A stretch of 64,000 nt of DNA. Source: Calditrichia bacterium. Its GTDB lineage: Bacteria; Calditrichota; Calditrichia; Calditrichales; J004. The notes under the pieces are model-generated. The model had not been told where the DNA came from, did not search any database, and was given only the letters and a program-made list of their open reading frames with translations. Shown here one piece after another: positions 28,854 to 38,745 of the stretch (positions are counted from its first letter, which is position 1; every line of letters starts with the position of its first letter). The stretch is taken from contig JALXBH010000058.1 in NCBI GenBank assembly GCA_026991535.1, forward strand, positions 13,037-77,036, given 5' to 3'. The position numbers and the translations under genes are program-made.

Positions 28854-30098
28854 ATGATTGATAAAACCAGACAACTGATAATTCTGCAAAAAATACTCAG
28901 CAGCAAGGATTTTAAAGCGTCCGAAAAATACAATGCCTTGCTTACATATCTGGTTAAGGCTTCCCTGGAACAGAAAAGACCTAAGGAATATTCCATCGCC
29001 GTGGATGTTTTTGGGCGCGATAAAAGCTTTAACCCGGCCGAGGATACCATAGTCCGCTACTATATGCACCGCCTGCGCCAAAAAATTAAAAACTATTATG
29101 AACATGAGGGACGGAATGACGAGGTCTGGCTTTCCATCCCCAAGGGGCATTATGAGGTTAAGTTTATTCCCCGGCCGGAAATCGAGGATGAAAAAGAAGC
29201 GGAATCTTCCTCATGGAACCGGCTTGTTTTTATACTTCTGATTTTTTCACTGGTTATTTCCGCATACCTTTATTTTCAAAACTCCCGCCTGGAAGCGGGA
29301 AAATTTTCCGGTTCACCCGTGGCCATTGCCGCGGATGACCCTTTCTGGTCCTCATTTTTTGATAATTCCTATCAGACCACGCTGTTGATCGGCGATCACT
29401 TCCTGTATAAGGAAAAAGAGGAGAACCGGGATAAGTTTATCGTGGATTACAGAATCAATAACACACAGGATTTTACACGTTATAAAAATGAACGACCCGG
29501 CAGACAACTGGAAAAAATGGAACAGGGTTCCCTGCCGCTTAACAGTATTTACAATCTCAATGACCTTTCCCGTGTTTTTTATTCCTTCAACCGTAAAATT
29601 AACATTAAACTCACTTCGGTCTATATGTCTTCCCAGTTTGATGTGGCGGATATCGCGGGACAGAACATAATTTATATCGGTGGTTTCCGTAATCTGAGAA
29701 AATTTAACTATATACTTGAAAATATTGGGGTTACTTACAGGTATTCCGAAAAGGATATCTGGCGGGGTACTATTTCGATCGAAACGGACGGAAACGATAA
29801 ACCATTGGTTTTTAAATCGGAGAAGCTCAAGGACGGTTACTACACGGATCTGGGCGTTATCGCCAGGGTGCGGGGCAGTAAAATGGAAAATTATCTGATT
29901 CTGGCGGGCTTCGCCTATCCGGCTCAGATAGATGTTGTGCGAATTATGAGTAACAGCTCTACGCTTAAGCGAATATATGAACAGAGCGGTTACCGGGAGA
30001 AGCAGTTTCCCGATAAGTTTATCATGGTTGTCCAGGTGGACGGTCTGGAATATTCGGCGCTGGACTGGCGGGTAAAGTACTTTAAAGCCCTGGAATAA
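28854..30098 (+). CDS. membrane-anchored winged-helix (ToxR/CadC-like) putative regulator with unknown periplasmic domain
   Basis: N-terminus LLTYLVKASLEQKRPKEYSIAVDVFGRDKSFNPAEDTIVRYYMHRLRQKIKNYYEHEG...WLSIPKGHYEVKF has an OmpR/CadC-type wHTH pattern. Single TM segment LVFILLIFSLVISAYLYF, followed by about 270 aa with no family recognised. Visibly AT-rich. Confidence 0.55.
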   Translation: MIDKTRQLIILQKILSSKDFKASEKYNALLTYLVKASLEQKRPKEYSIAVDVFGRDKSFNPAEDTIVRYYMHRLRQKIKNYYEHEGRNDEVWLSIPKGHYEVKFIPRPEIEDEKEAESSSWNRLVFILLIFSLVISAYLYFQNSRLEAGKFSGSPVAIAADDPFWSSFFDNSYQTTLLIGDHFLYKEKEENRDKFIVDYRINNTQDFTRYKNERPGRQLEKMEQGSLPLNSIYNLNDLSRVFYSFNRKINIKLTSVYMSSQFDVADIAGQNIIYIGGFRNLRKFNYILENIGVTYRYSEKDIWRGTISIETDGNDKPLVFKSEKLKDGYYTDLGVIARVRGSKMENYLILAGFAYPAQIDVVRIMSNSSTLKRIYEQSGYREKQFPDKFIMVVQVDGLEYSALDWRVKYFKALE

Positions 30099-30445
30099 TA
30101 AAAACATACTTCCGGAAAGGCTGCTTTTCATGTCGTTAACAGCAGGTATCTGTCTATGAAGACACAGTAACTAAACGGAAAACAGGCTCTCTTTTTAAAT
30201 CCAATCCGCTGTTGAGTTGCAATTTAAAGATGGATATGGCTATATTGACCCGCTTATGATGGAAAAACAACAGAATTATGTAAAAAAGTTGCCTTATCTT
30301 GTTGATTCACCGGTGTGCTAAGCGTATTTTCTGTGATAGCCGTCAAAAAAATTTGCATTTATATAACCATGTAGGGATATTTACACGTCCCCACATAACG
30401 ATGATCTAACTTTATTCTTTATACATTTATAACAGGAGGTCTTTG

Positions 30446-30718
30446 ATGACACGTCAAGAATTGGTTGCCAAAATGGCTGAAGACGCCGGTATCACTAAAA
30501 AAGCCGCGGAAGACGCATTAGGTTCTTTTATGGATGCCGTAAAATCTACCTTAAGCTCCGGCGGAAGTGTAAGCCTGGTGGGGTTTGGCACTTTTGGTGT
30601 TTCCGAGCGCAGCGCCCGTACCGGTCGCAATCCGCAAACAGGTGCGGAAATTCAAATCCCCGCGCGCAAAGTTCCTACTTTCAAAGCCGGTAAAGGTTTG
30701 AAAGACGCTGTTAACTAG
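30446..30718 (+). CDS. hup: DNA-binding protein HU
   Basis: LVGFGTFGVSERSARTGRNPQTGAEIQIPARKVPTFKAGKGLKDAV is the canonical HU/IHF arm. AGGAGG lies 7 nt upstream of the ATG at 30446. Confidence 0.95.
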   Translation: MTRQELVAKMAEDAGITKKAAEDALGSFMDAVKSTLSSGGSVSLVGFGTFGVSERSARTGRNPQTGAEIQIPARKVPTFKAGKGLKDAVN

Positions 30719-30737
30719 TTTGTAAAATCTGTTGACA

Positions 30738-30767
30738 AAAGCGGAGGGGTTACCTTCCGCTTTTTTT
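30738..30767 (+). terminator. rho-independent terminator after hup
   Basis: Stem gcggaggg (30741-30748) pairs with ccttccgc (30753-30760) with one G-U pair, followed by T7 (30761-30767). Confidence 0.65.
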
Positions 30768-30783
30768 GTTTTCTGAGGTTGCC

Positions 30784-32268
30784 ATGCTCAAAAGACTCCT
30801 GTTCATATCGTTCCTTTTTCTTTTTTCATGCCGGTCAGAACTTGTAACGCCTACGCAGACCGTTACGCCCATGGAGGAGCTGCTCCGCAATTTAAAAAAT
30901 GAATTAAACGATCCTTATTTGTCTCAGGCCCACATCGGTTTGTATGTGGAAGACCTGAGCACGGGCACAATCGTTTTCCGGCAGAATGCCCGCCGCCTTT
31001 TCACGCCGGCCTCCAACCAAAAACTATATACCACCGCCGTTGCCCTGACCACCCTGGGCGCCGACTATAGCTTTAAAACGGATCTGCTCATCCGGGGGAG
31101 CCTTCGCGACAGCGTGTTAACCGGTGATCTGATCGTTTACGGCCGGGGCGATCCCGCCATATCCGGCCGTTTTTATGATGATGACGCCTACGCGGTGTTT
31201 AAGGGCTGGGCCGACTCCCTGCGCCGCCGGGGCATTAAAGCCATAAAGGGCGATGTGATTGCCGACGACAGCTACTTTGATGACAAAAGGCTGGGCGATG
31301 GATGGAACTGGGATGACGAACCTTATTACTATTCGGCGCAGATCGGCGCGCTCTCCTTTAACGATAATTGCGTGGATATTACCGTTCAGCCCTCCGCGGC
31401 CGCCGGTGACAGTGTCCGTTACCGGGCCTATCCGGCAACGAAATATGTCCGCCTGCAAAACCATGCCCGTACCTGGCCGGAGGATTCCCTGGCGCGGTTG
31501 CGGCTGGGACGTAAGCGGGCGCGAAACATCATTACCCTTGCCGGGGGGCTGCCCCTGGGCGGAAAGGCCTATAAGGAGTCCATCACCGTGGAAGAACCGG
31601 CCCTCTGGTTTCTGGAGAATCTGAAACAGGCCTGGCGACAAAAAGGGATTAGCGTGGACGGCAGATACCGCTATCAGCGTCATGCGGTTTTAAATTCAGA
31701 CAGTCTGCTTTTTGTCCACCACTCGCCGCCCCTTTCGGAACTGATACGCGTGGTGAATAAAAAAAGCCATAATTTTTACGCCGAACAAATCTTTAAGGCG
31801 CTGGGGGCGGAAATCCGTAAAAAGGGAACGGCCGCCGAAGCGGCCGGTGTTGTGCGTGACTGGCTCACCGCCCGGGGCGTGGCCCTTGATGAGGCCGTTA
31901 TCGCGGATGGTTCCGGTCTGTCGCGAATGAATCAGATTGCACCCATAGCCACGGCCACTTTGCTGAAAAGTCTCTATTTCCATCCGGATTTTAAGGCGTT
32001 TTATAACAGCCTGCCCGTGGCGGGCGTGGACGGCACCCTGAAAGGGCGCATGAAAAACAGCCCGGCGGAAAAGGTGGCCCGCGCCAAAACGGGTTATGTG
32101 CGCCATATGCGCACCCTGTCGGGCTATACCCGCGACCGCGACGGTCATGATTATGTTTTTTCCATCATGGTCAATCATTATGCCGTGCCCACGGCCTATG
32201 TAAACCATTTTCAGGACAAACTGGTTATATTGCTCAGTAGTTTTTCACGAAAGCAAAGGAGTAAATAA
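30784..32268 (+). CDS. dacB: D-alanyl-D-alanine carboxypeptidase/endopeptidase (PBP4, peptidase S13)
   Basis: Lipobox/signal LFISFLFLFSC. SxxK motif PASNQKLYT. KTG motif RAKTGYV. The length is typical of PBP4. ATG at 30784 is preferred because the longer ORF would run through the hup terminator. Confidence 0.85.
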   Translation: MLKRLLFISFLFLFSCRSELVTPTQTVTPMEELLRNLKNELNDPYLSQAHIGLYVEDLSTGTIVFRQNARRLFTPASNQKLYTTAVALTTLGADYSFKTDLLIRGSLRDSVLTGDLIVYGRGDPAISGRFYDDDAYAVFKGWADSLRRRGIKAIKGDVIADDSYFDDKRLGDGWNWDDEPYYYSAQIGALSFNDNCVDITVQPSAAAGDSVRYRAYPATKYVRLQNHARTWPEDSLARLRLGRKRARNIITLAGGLPLGGKAYKESITVEEPALWFLENLKQAWRQKGISVDGRYRYQRHAVLNSDSLLFVHHSPPLSELIRVVNKKSHNFYAEQIFKALGAEIRKKGTAAEAAGVVRDWLTARGVALDEAVIADGSGLSRMNQIAPIATATLLKSLYFHPDFKAFYNSLPVAGVDGTLKGRMKNSPAEKVARAKTGYVRHMRTLSGYTRDRDGHDYVFSIMVNHYAVPTAYVNHFQDKLVILLSSFSRKQRSK

Positions 32269-32269
32269 G

Positions 32270-33325
32270 TTGAAAAGACGAAACTTTTTAAAAAGCACGG
32301 CCGCGGGTGCCGCAAGCCTGTGGCTTGGAACTTCCGCGAAAGCCTCCTCCTTTTTTAAACCGTCTGCCGCGGGAAAAATGGTGGTCATCTCCAGTTCCAA
32401 CGGTCTGCGGGCCACGGGACGGGCCATGGAACTGATGCAACAGGGACATGACGCCCTGGATAGCGTGATTGCCGGGGTCAATATCGTGGAGTCCGATCCC
32501 AATGACATGACCGTGGGCTATGGCGGTCTGCCCAATGAGGACGGTGTGGTGCAACTGGACTCCTGCTGCATGCACGGGCCCACCCATAATGCCGGCGCCG
32601 TGGGCGCTCTGGAGGGCATTAAAAATCCTTCGCTGGTGGCTCGGCTGGTTATGGAGCGAACGGATCATGTTTTGCTGGTGGGGCAGGGGGCCCTGCGATT
32701 TGCCCGGGCTCACGGATTTAAGGAAGAAAACCTGCTGACCGATAAGGCGCGCCGGGCCTGGCTGCACTGGAAGGAAAAGCGTAAGGATAACGACTGGTTC
32801 CCGCCCGAGGATGCCGATCGTGACAAAAACGGCAAGGCCGCTCTCGATATCCCCTTCACCTACGGTACCATCACCTGTTTGGGGCTGGATGGCAACGGCG
32901 ATATTTCCGGGGTCACGACCACCAGCGGTTTGAGCTATAAAATTCCCGGACGCGTGGGTGATAGCCCCATCATCGGCGCCGGGCTGTATGTGGATAACGA
33001 AGTGGGCGCCTGCGGTTCCACCGGCCGGGGGGAGGAAAATCTGAAAAACCTGACCTGTCACCTGATTGTGGAATTTATGCGCCAGGGGATGTCCCCGCAA
33101 AAGGCCTGCATGGCCGGGCTGAAGCGCGTGGTGGAAAAGGCCAAATATATGCCGCGCCTGATGAAAGACAATGGCCGTCCGGCGTTTAATATCCGTTATT
33201 ACGCCATCAACAAGGCCGGTGAGTTCGGCGGCGTCAGCATTTATGGCCCGGCGGAATATGCCCTGCATGACGGCAAGGAAAATAAAATGCGTAAGGCGGA
33301 GTATCTGTATGAGTGGAAAAAATAG
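32270..33325 (+). CDS. Ntn-hydrolase, N4-(beta-N-acetylglucosaminyl)-L-asparaginase/isoaspartyl peptidase family, Tat-exported
   Basis: TTG start 1 nt after the dacB stop, with AAGGAG upstream. Twin-arginine leader MKRRNFLKSTAAGAASLWLG. Autoprocessing site context FTYG|TITCLGLD. GRVGDSPIIGAGLYVDNEVGACGSTGRGE. Confidence 0.8.
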   Translation: MKRRNFLKSTAAGAASLWLGTSAKASSFFKPSAAGKMVVISSSNGLRATGRAMELMQQGHDALDSVIAGVNIVESDPNDMTVGYGGLPNEDGVVQLDSCCMHGPTHNAGAVGALEGIKNPSLVARLVMERTDHVLLVGQGALRFARAHGFKEENLLTDKARRAWLHWKEKRKDNDWFPPEDADRDKNGKAALDIPFTYGTITCLGLDGNGDISGVTTTSGLSYKIPGRVGDSPIIGAGLYVDNEVGACGSTGRGEENLKNLTCHLIVEFMRQGMSPQKACMAGLKRVVEKAKYMPRLMKDNGRPAFNIRYYAINKAGEFGGVSIYGPAEYALHDGKENKMRKAEYLYEWKK

Positions 33326-33914
33326 AATATTCTGTCTGGGTCTGCTGTTGTTCATAATGCCCCTGAGCGCCCGGGAGGGGTTTGGCATTGAGGGCTTGAT
33401 CCGCGCGGAGGATCAATACCGACAGATGCGTACGCAGGCGGCCTGGATAACCTATGGCGGCGCGGCCGCGGGCGTGGGCATGATGAGCCTGTCGGGGCTT
33501 TTTGCCGAAGGGGATATCACCGGTTCCGCCCTGATGTTGAGCGGCGGTATTGTGTTGGGCGGTTCCCTGCTGCTGGGGCCGGCTTACTTCCCGCTGAAAA
33601 GGGGCGAGTATAACCGGGGTATGATGAATCTAATAGAGCGGGACGGCCTCACCGTGCTGGTGGCCGGCGTCACCTTGTTTGCAACCGGCTTTGCCAGCGC
33701 CGCTGTTTATAAGCACAACGATTATGGCATTGCCTCCGTCATCACCGGATTTTTGTTCGCCAATGTTACCGGCTTTTTAACCTATAACTATTTTTATCAA
33801 CGCGAAATGGAAGAAGAAAGACGCCTGCTCATTTCCCGGGTGCGCATAACGCCCGGCGTTGCCCTGCAGGGTGTTTCCCGCAAGCCCATGCTCAGCCTGC
33901 GTCTGCAATGGTAG
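33309..33914 (+). CDS. hypothetical membrane protein
   Basis: ATG at 33309 (MSGKNRIFCLGLLLFIMPLSA, signal-like) overlaps the previous gene by 17 nt. Contains Gly/Ala-rich TM segments. No family recognised. Confidence 0.45.
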   Translation: MSGKNRIFCLGLLLFIMPLSAREGFGIEGLIRAEDQYRQMRTQAAWITYGGAAAGVGMMSLSGLFAEGDITGSALMLSGGIVLGGSLLLGPAYFPLKRGEYNRGMMNLIERDGLTVLVAGVTLFATGFASAAVYKHNDYGIASVITGFLFANVTGFLTYNYFYQREMEEERRLLISRVRITPGVALQGVSRKPMLSLRLQW

Positions 33915-34960
33915 TTAAAAGCGATCGGACGCTTTTAGCCCGTCTGACGGCCATGTGGGCTTTATCCGAGTCGGCCCTGGGCGGAATATTGCACGGGCTT
34001 AAAATTCCCTTTACGGGAATGGTGGTGAGCAGCATTGCCGTCTTTTCCATCCTGATGATGATCCGTTCCGGCGCCGGACGCGGGGATCTGTTTAAGGCGC
34101 TGATGATCGTGGCCGCGGTTAAGGCCATGGTGAGCCCCCACAGCCCGCCCACGGCCTATATGGCTCTTTTCTTTCAGGGAGGGCTGGCCATGCTAATGCT
34201 GTCCCTGTTGCAAAAAAGTCCGGCCGCGGGTTACCTGCTGCTCTTTTTGGCCCTGATGGAATCCGGATTGCAAAAAATCATCGTCCTTACCCTGATCTTT
34301 GGCCGGGACTTATGGAGCTCCATCGACGTCTTTGCCGCATATCTCTATAAAAGCCTGTTGCCTCAATCTTCCGGTCTCTCTTTTTCCATCGGCTTTGGTA
34401 TCATCGCCGTTTATCTGGCCATACACGCCCTCTATTTTTTGCTTGGCGCCTTCTGGTTCCGGCGCTTTGTAAAAAGCCTGGAAACATTTGACAGCGAAAG
34501 CATAACCATTGTGCTGGATAATACAATACGCGCGGAGGCCGGGAAGAGGAAAAAACGGTTACGGCTCAGCTGGCTCATTTATCCCCTGGCCATCGTATTG
34601 ATGGCTTTGACCTTTATTTATCCGGTTTTTGAAAGCAGCGTCGGCTGGCGGGCCCTGCGCATGGTGCTGCGTTCGGTGATTCTCCTTTCGCTGTGGTATG
34701 GTCTGGCGGGTCCTTTGGTGGTGCGTTGGATGCGTAAACGGATAAACAGCCACCGGCAGCAATACAGCGCGGAGATCGATGCTGTGTTGGATATGCTGCC
34801 CGTGCTGAAAAAAGTATTCATGCAGGTATGGCGCAAGCATCACCGCCGGCCGGGGCGCAAACTCTCCGCCTTTTTACGGGAGTTGCTGCTTACCCTGCTT
34901 TTTGCCCGTATCACCGTGGGGAGGGATGAGCAGGGCGGGGGGGAGGAATCCGCCGGATAG
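33908..34960 (+). CDS. hypothetical polytopic membrane protein
   Basis: ATG at 33908 overlaps the previous stop by 7 nt. About 8 hydrophobic segments and a basic C-terminal tail. No family recognised. Confidence 0.5.
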   Translation: MVVKSDRTLLARLTAMWALSESALGGILHGLKIPFTGMVVSSIAVFSILMMIRSGAGRGDLFKALMIVAAVKAMVSPHSPPTAYMALFFQGGLAMLMLSLLQKSPAAGYLLLFLALMESGLQKIIVLTLIFGRDLWSSIDVFAAYLYKSLLPQSSGLSFSIGFGIIAVYLAIHALYFLLGAFWFRRFVKSLETFDSESITIVLDNTIRAEAGKRKKRLRLSWLIYPLAIVLMALTFIYPVFESSVGWRALRMVLRSVILLSLWYGLAGPLVVRWMRKRINSHRQQYSAEIDAVLDMLPVLKKVFMQVWRKHHRRPGRKLSAFLRELLLTLLFARITVGRDEQGGGEESAG

Positions 34961-35044
34961 ACGGGTACGAATGTTCCTTTGCGGGTTTGCAGGTCTTGCC
35001 GGGGAATTGTATCTTTGTATTCAGGAAAAATCAATGAGGTGCAC

Positions 35045-36286
35045 GTGAGCAAGGTAAATGTTTCTTCCGAAATAGCGCAGATAAAAAAAGTGATCATTCA
35101 CACTCCGGGGCGCGAGCTGGATTTAATGACGCCCGATTCCGCGGAGGAGGTGTTATACGATGATATTCTTAATCTGGAAAATGCCCGTCGGCAGCACAGC
35201 CAGCTCAGCGGGGTGCTGAAAAAGGTGACGCAGCCGTTTGAAGTGCGGGATTTACTGACCGATATCCTTAAGGATGGTCGTATAAAAAGCGAACTGGTTC
35301 ATGACCTGTGCCGGAAACTGGAGGTGCCCCATCATCTTGACGACTTACTGGAACTGGAACCGGAACAACTGACCGACCGGTTGATAACCGGCACCCCCAT
35401 ACGGCGCGACAGCTTTCAACGTTATATCTCCAAAAAACAGTTTGCCATTCCGCCCCTGCCCAATCTCTTCTTTACCCGTGACGCGGCCATGGTGGTTAAT
35501 AATTTTGGCATGCTGGGTAATATGGCCACTCTGGTGCGCACAACCGAAACCTATATTATGCGCTATCTTTTCCTGTACCATCCCGAGTTGAGCTGTTCGG
35601 ATCATCATCTGGTGGATACCACCCTGCTGCACAGCTCCAGGGGCACCTTTGAGGGGGGAGATTTGCTGATTCTGCGCGAGGATGTGCTGGTGATCGGCAT
35701 GAGCGAGCGCACCAATCCGGCCGGTATCGATTATCTGATCGAACATTTTAAAAAAGAGGGCCGGGTTAAGCATATCTTTGTGGTTCTGCTGCCCAAACAC
35801 CGCGCCTGGATACATCTGGATATGGTATTCACCATGATCGACACGGATAAGGCGGTCGTTTTTCCGCCGCTGATCAATGAGCGCAATGCCGTGGACGTCA
35901 TCCATATCAATATCAGCGATCCGAATCTTCCGCAATTCAGCCGGCACGACTATCTGCTGGAAGCCTTGTGCGAGGTGGACATACGCCTGGAGCCCATATA
36001 TTGCGGAGGGCATGATCCTTTGTACCAACAACGGGAGCAGTGGCAATCCGGCGCCAATTTCTTTACCATCGCGCCGGGAAAAATAATCGGTTACGGGATG
36101 AATCACTATACCTATGAGGAACTGGCCCGGGCCGGCATTCCGCGCATTGAGGCGCGGGACGTGCTGGAAGGAAAGGTCGATCTGGAAAGCTACGATAAAT
36201 ACGCCATAGCCATGGCCGGTAATGAACTTACGCGCGGCGGCGGCGGTTGCCGTTGCATGACCATGCCCATCGTTCGCGGGGAATAA
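35045..36286 (+). CDS. arcA: arginine deiminase family protein
   Basis: N-terminus VSSEIAQIKKVIIHTPGRELDLMTP. C-terminus with the catalytic Cys, ELTRGGGGCRCMTMPIVR. GTG at 35045 is preferred (GAGG upstream); the exact start is uncertain. Confidence 0.75.
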   Translation: MSKVNVSSEIAQIKKVIIHTPGRELDLMTPDSAEEVLYDDILNLENARRQHSQLSGVLKKVTQPFEVRDLLTDILKDGRIKSELVHDLCRKLEVPHHLDDLLELEPEQLTDRLITGTPIRRDSFQRYISKKQFAIPPLPNLFFTRDAAMVVNNFGMLGNMATLVRTTETYIMRYLFLYHPELSCSDHHLVDTTLLHSSRGTFEGGDLLILREDVLVIGMSERTNPAGIDYLIEHFKKEGRVKHIFVVLLPKHRAWIHLDMVFTMIDTDKAVVFPPLINERNAVDVIHINISDPNLPQFSRHDYLLEALCEVDIRLEPIYCGGHDPLYQQREQWQSGANFFTIAPGKIIGYGMNHYTYEELARAGIPRIEARDVLEGKVDLESYDKYAIAMAGNELTRGGGGCRCMTMPIVRGE

Positions 36287-36318
36287 ACGGGCCCGGGGGC
36301 CCGTCGGATAACCGGCCT

Positions 36319-36753
36319 TTACATAATAGGTGCAATTTTTACATTTTTCTCTTCTTTTTTCCATTCCTTAATTACGCGCAGCAGGTCGCGGCGGGTGATT
36401 TGCCCCAGAATATGATTTTCCTCATCGGCGATAACCAAACGGCGGAAAAAGTGTTTTAAAAACATGCTGGCCACGGTAAAGATATCGGTGGAAGGAGGAA
36501 TGGTAACCACATGGGCGGTCATATAATCCTTCACCTGGCCGCCGGGAAGACTATGATAGGCGCCCTTGCACAGCAAAGTCATGCAATCCTTTTCCGAAAG
36601 GATGCCCAGTATGTGGTTCTGTTTATCCACCACAACCGCCGAGGTGATACCTTTGTCGATCAGGATATTGATCGCCTTATAGACGTCCATGTCCGGAGAA
36701 AGGGTGGTAAAGGATTTGTCCATATAGGCACTGACAGAGGGTAAAGTGCTCAT
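36319..36753 (-). CDS. CBS domain pair protein
   Basis: 144 aa with two CBS repeats (GITSAVVVDKQNHILGILSEKD; FFRRLVIADEENHILGQITRRDLL). Confidence 0.8.
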   Translation of the reverse strand: MSTLPSVSAYMDKSFTTLSPDMDVYKAINILIDKGITSAVVVDKQNHILGILSEKDCMTLLCKGAYHSLPGGQVKDYMTAHVVTIPPSTDIFTVASMFLKHFFRRLVIADEENHILGQITRRDLLRVIKEWKKEEKNVKIAPIM

Positions 36754-36917
36754 TATAATTCTCCTGGTTTAATTGTACAGACGTTCTACTAAACCTACTA
36801 TAGTCAATGGGGGACTGATAGTCAAGAAAAAACTTTGTGAAACAATAAACTTTTGCTCCAATTTGCTGATAGTAGTAAGTTCTGCCACAAGTCTAATCAA
36901 CATAGAATCAGAGGTGA

Positions 36918-38210
<1,293 letters not shown>

Positions 38211-38228
38211 CCCTTTATAAGCATTCAA

Positions 38229-38259
38229 GGCTGTACCCCGGCGGGGTACGGCCTTTTTT
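38229..38259 (+). terminator. rho-independent terminator after eno
   Basis: Stem ggctgtacccc pairs with ggggtacggcc (one G-U pair), followed by T6 (38254-38259). Confidence 0.65.
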
Positions 38260-38262
38260 ATT

Positions 38263-38589
38263 ATGATTAAACAGAAAACAAAAAAACGTAAACCCATAAA
38301 ACGGCGTTCTTCCTTTAACAGCGGGTTGTGGCTGGCTGTTGCCTTTATCCTGGTGTTGGTACTGGCTTTCTTTTTTGCCGATCGCGGCATGGTTACCTAT
38401 TGGCGGGCACAGGAGGAAAGGGATGAACTGTTGCGGGAAATTGAGGAACTAAAGGTTAAAAAGAAGAACCTTTTAAAGGAAAAGGAAATGCTGGAAAAGG
38501 ATATGGACTATATTGAAAAAGTGGCCCGGGAAAAATATAAGATGAAGAAACCGGGTGAAAAAGTTTATGAAACAGAGCGCGCTGAATAA
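38263..38589 (+). CDS. ftsB: septum formation initiator (FtsB/DivIC family)
   Basis: 108 aa. Basic N-terminus, one TM segment (LWLAVAFILVLVLAFFFA), then a coiled coil (LLREIEELKVKKKNLLKEKEMLEKDMDYIEKVAREKY). The position downstream of eno is conserved. Confidence 0.7.
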   Translation: MIKQKTKKRKPIKRRSSFNSGLWLAVAFILVLVLAFFFADRGMVTYWRAQEERDELLREIEELKVKKKNLLKEKEMLEKDMDYIEKVAREKYKMKKPGEKVYETERAE

Positions 38590-38745
38590 ATTTGCGCCTG
38601 TCCCTCTCCCATACTAATATTAGCCTACGCTTACTTTAACACGATATTTCCGGGGTCCCGGCCTATGCTCTCAGGCATCTCTTTTAAGGAAAAACATTCC
38701 GGCCCGACTGTCCGGAGGGGCAGTCCCTATCCGGCTTTTAGGGGC

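Noticed and set aside
38229-38265. The eno terminator hairpin ends 3 nt before the ftsB ATG and was considered as an attenuator or translational control element.
   Set aside because: The eno-ftsB arrangement with partial read-through is commonplace. Nothing in the sequence, such as alternative pairings or a leader peptide, supports a regulated switch.
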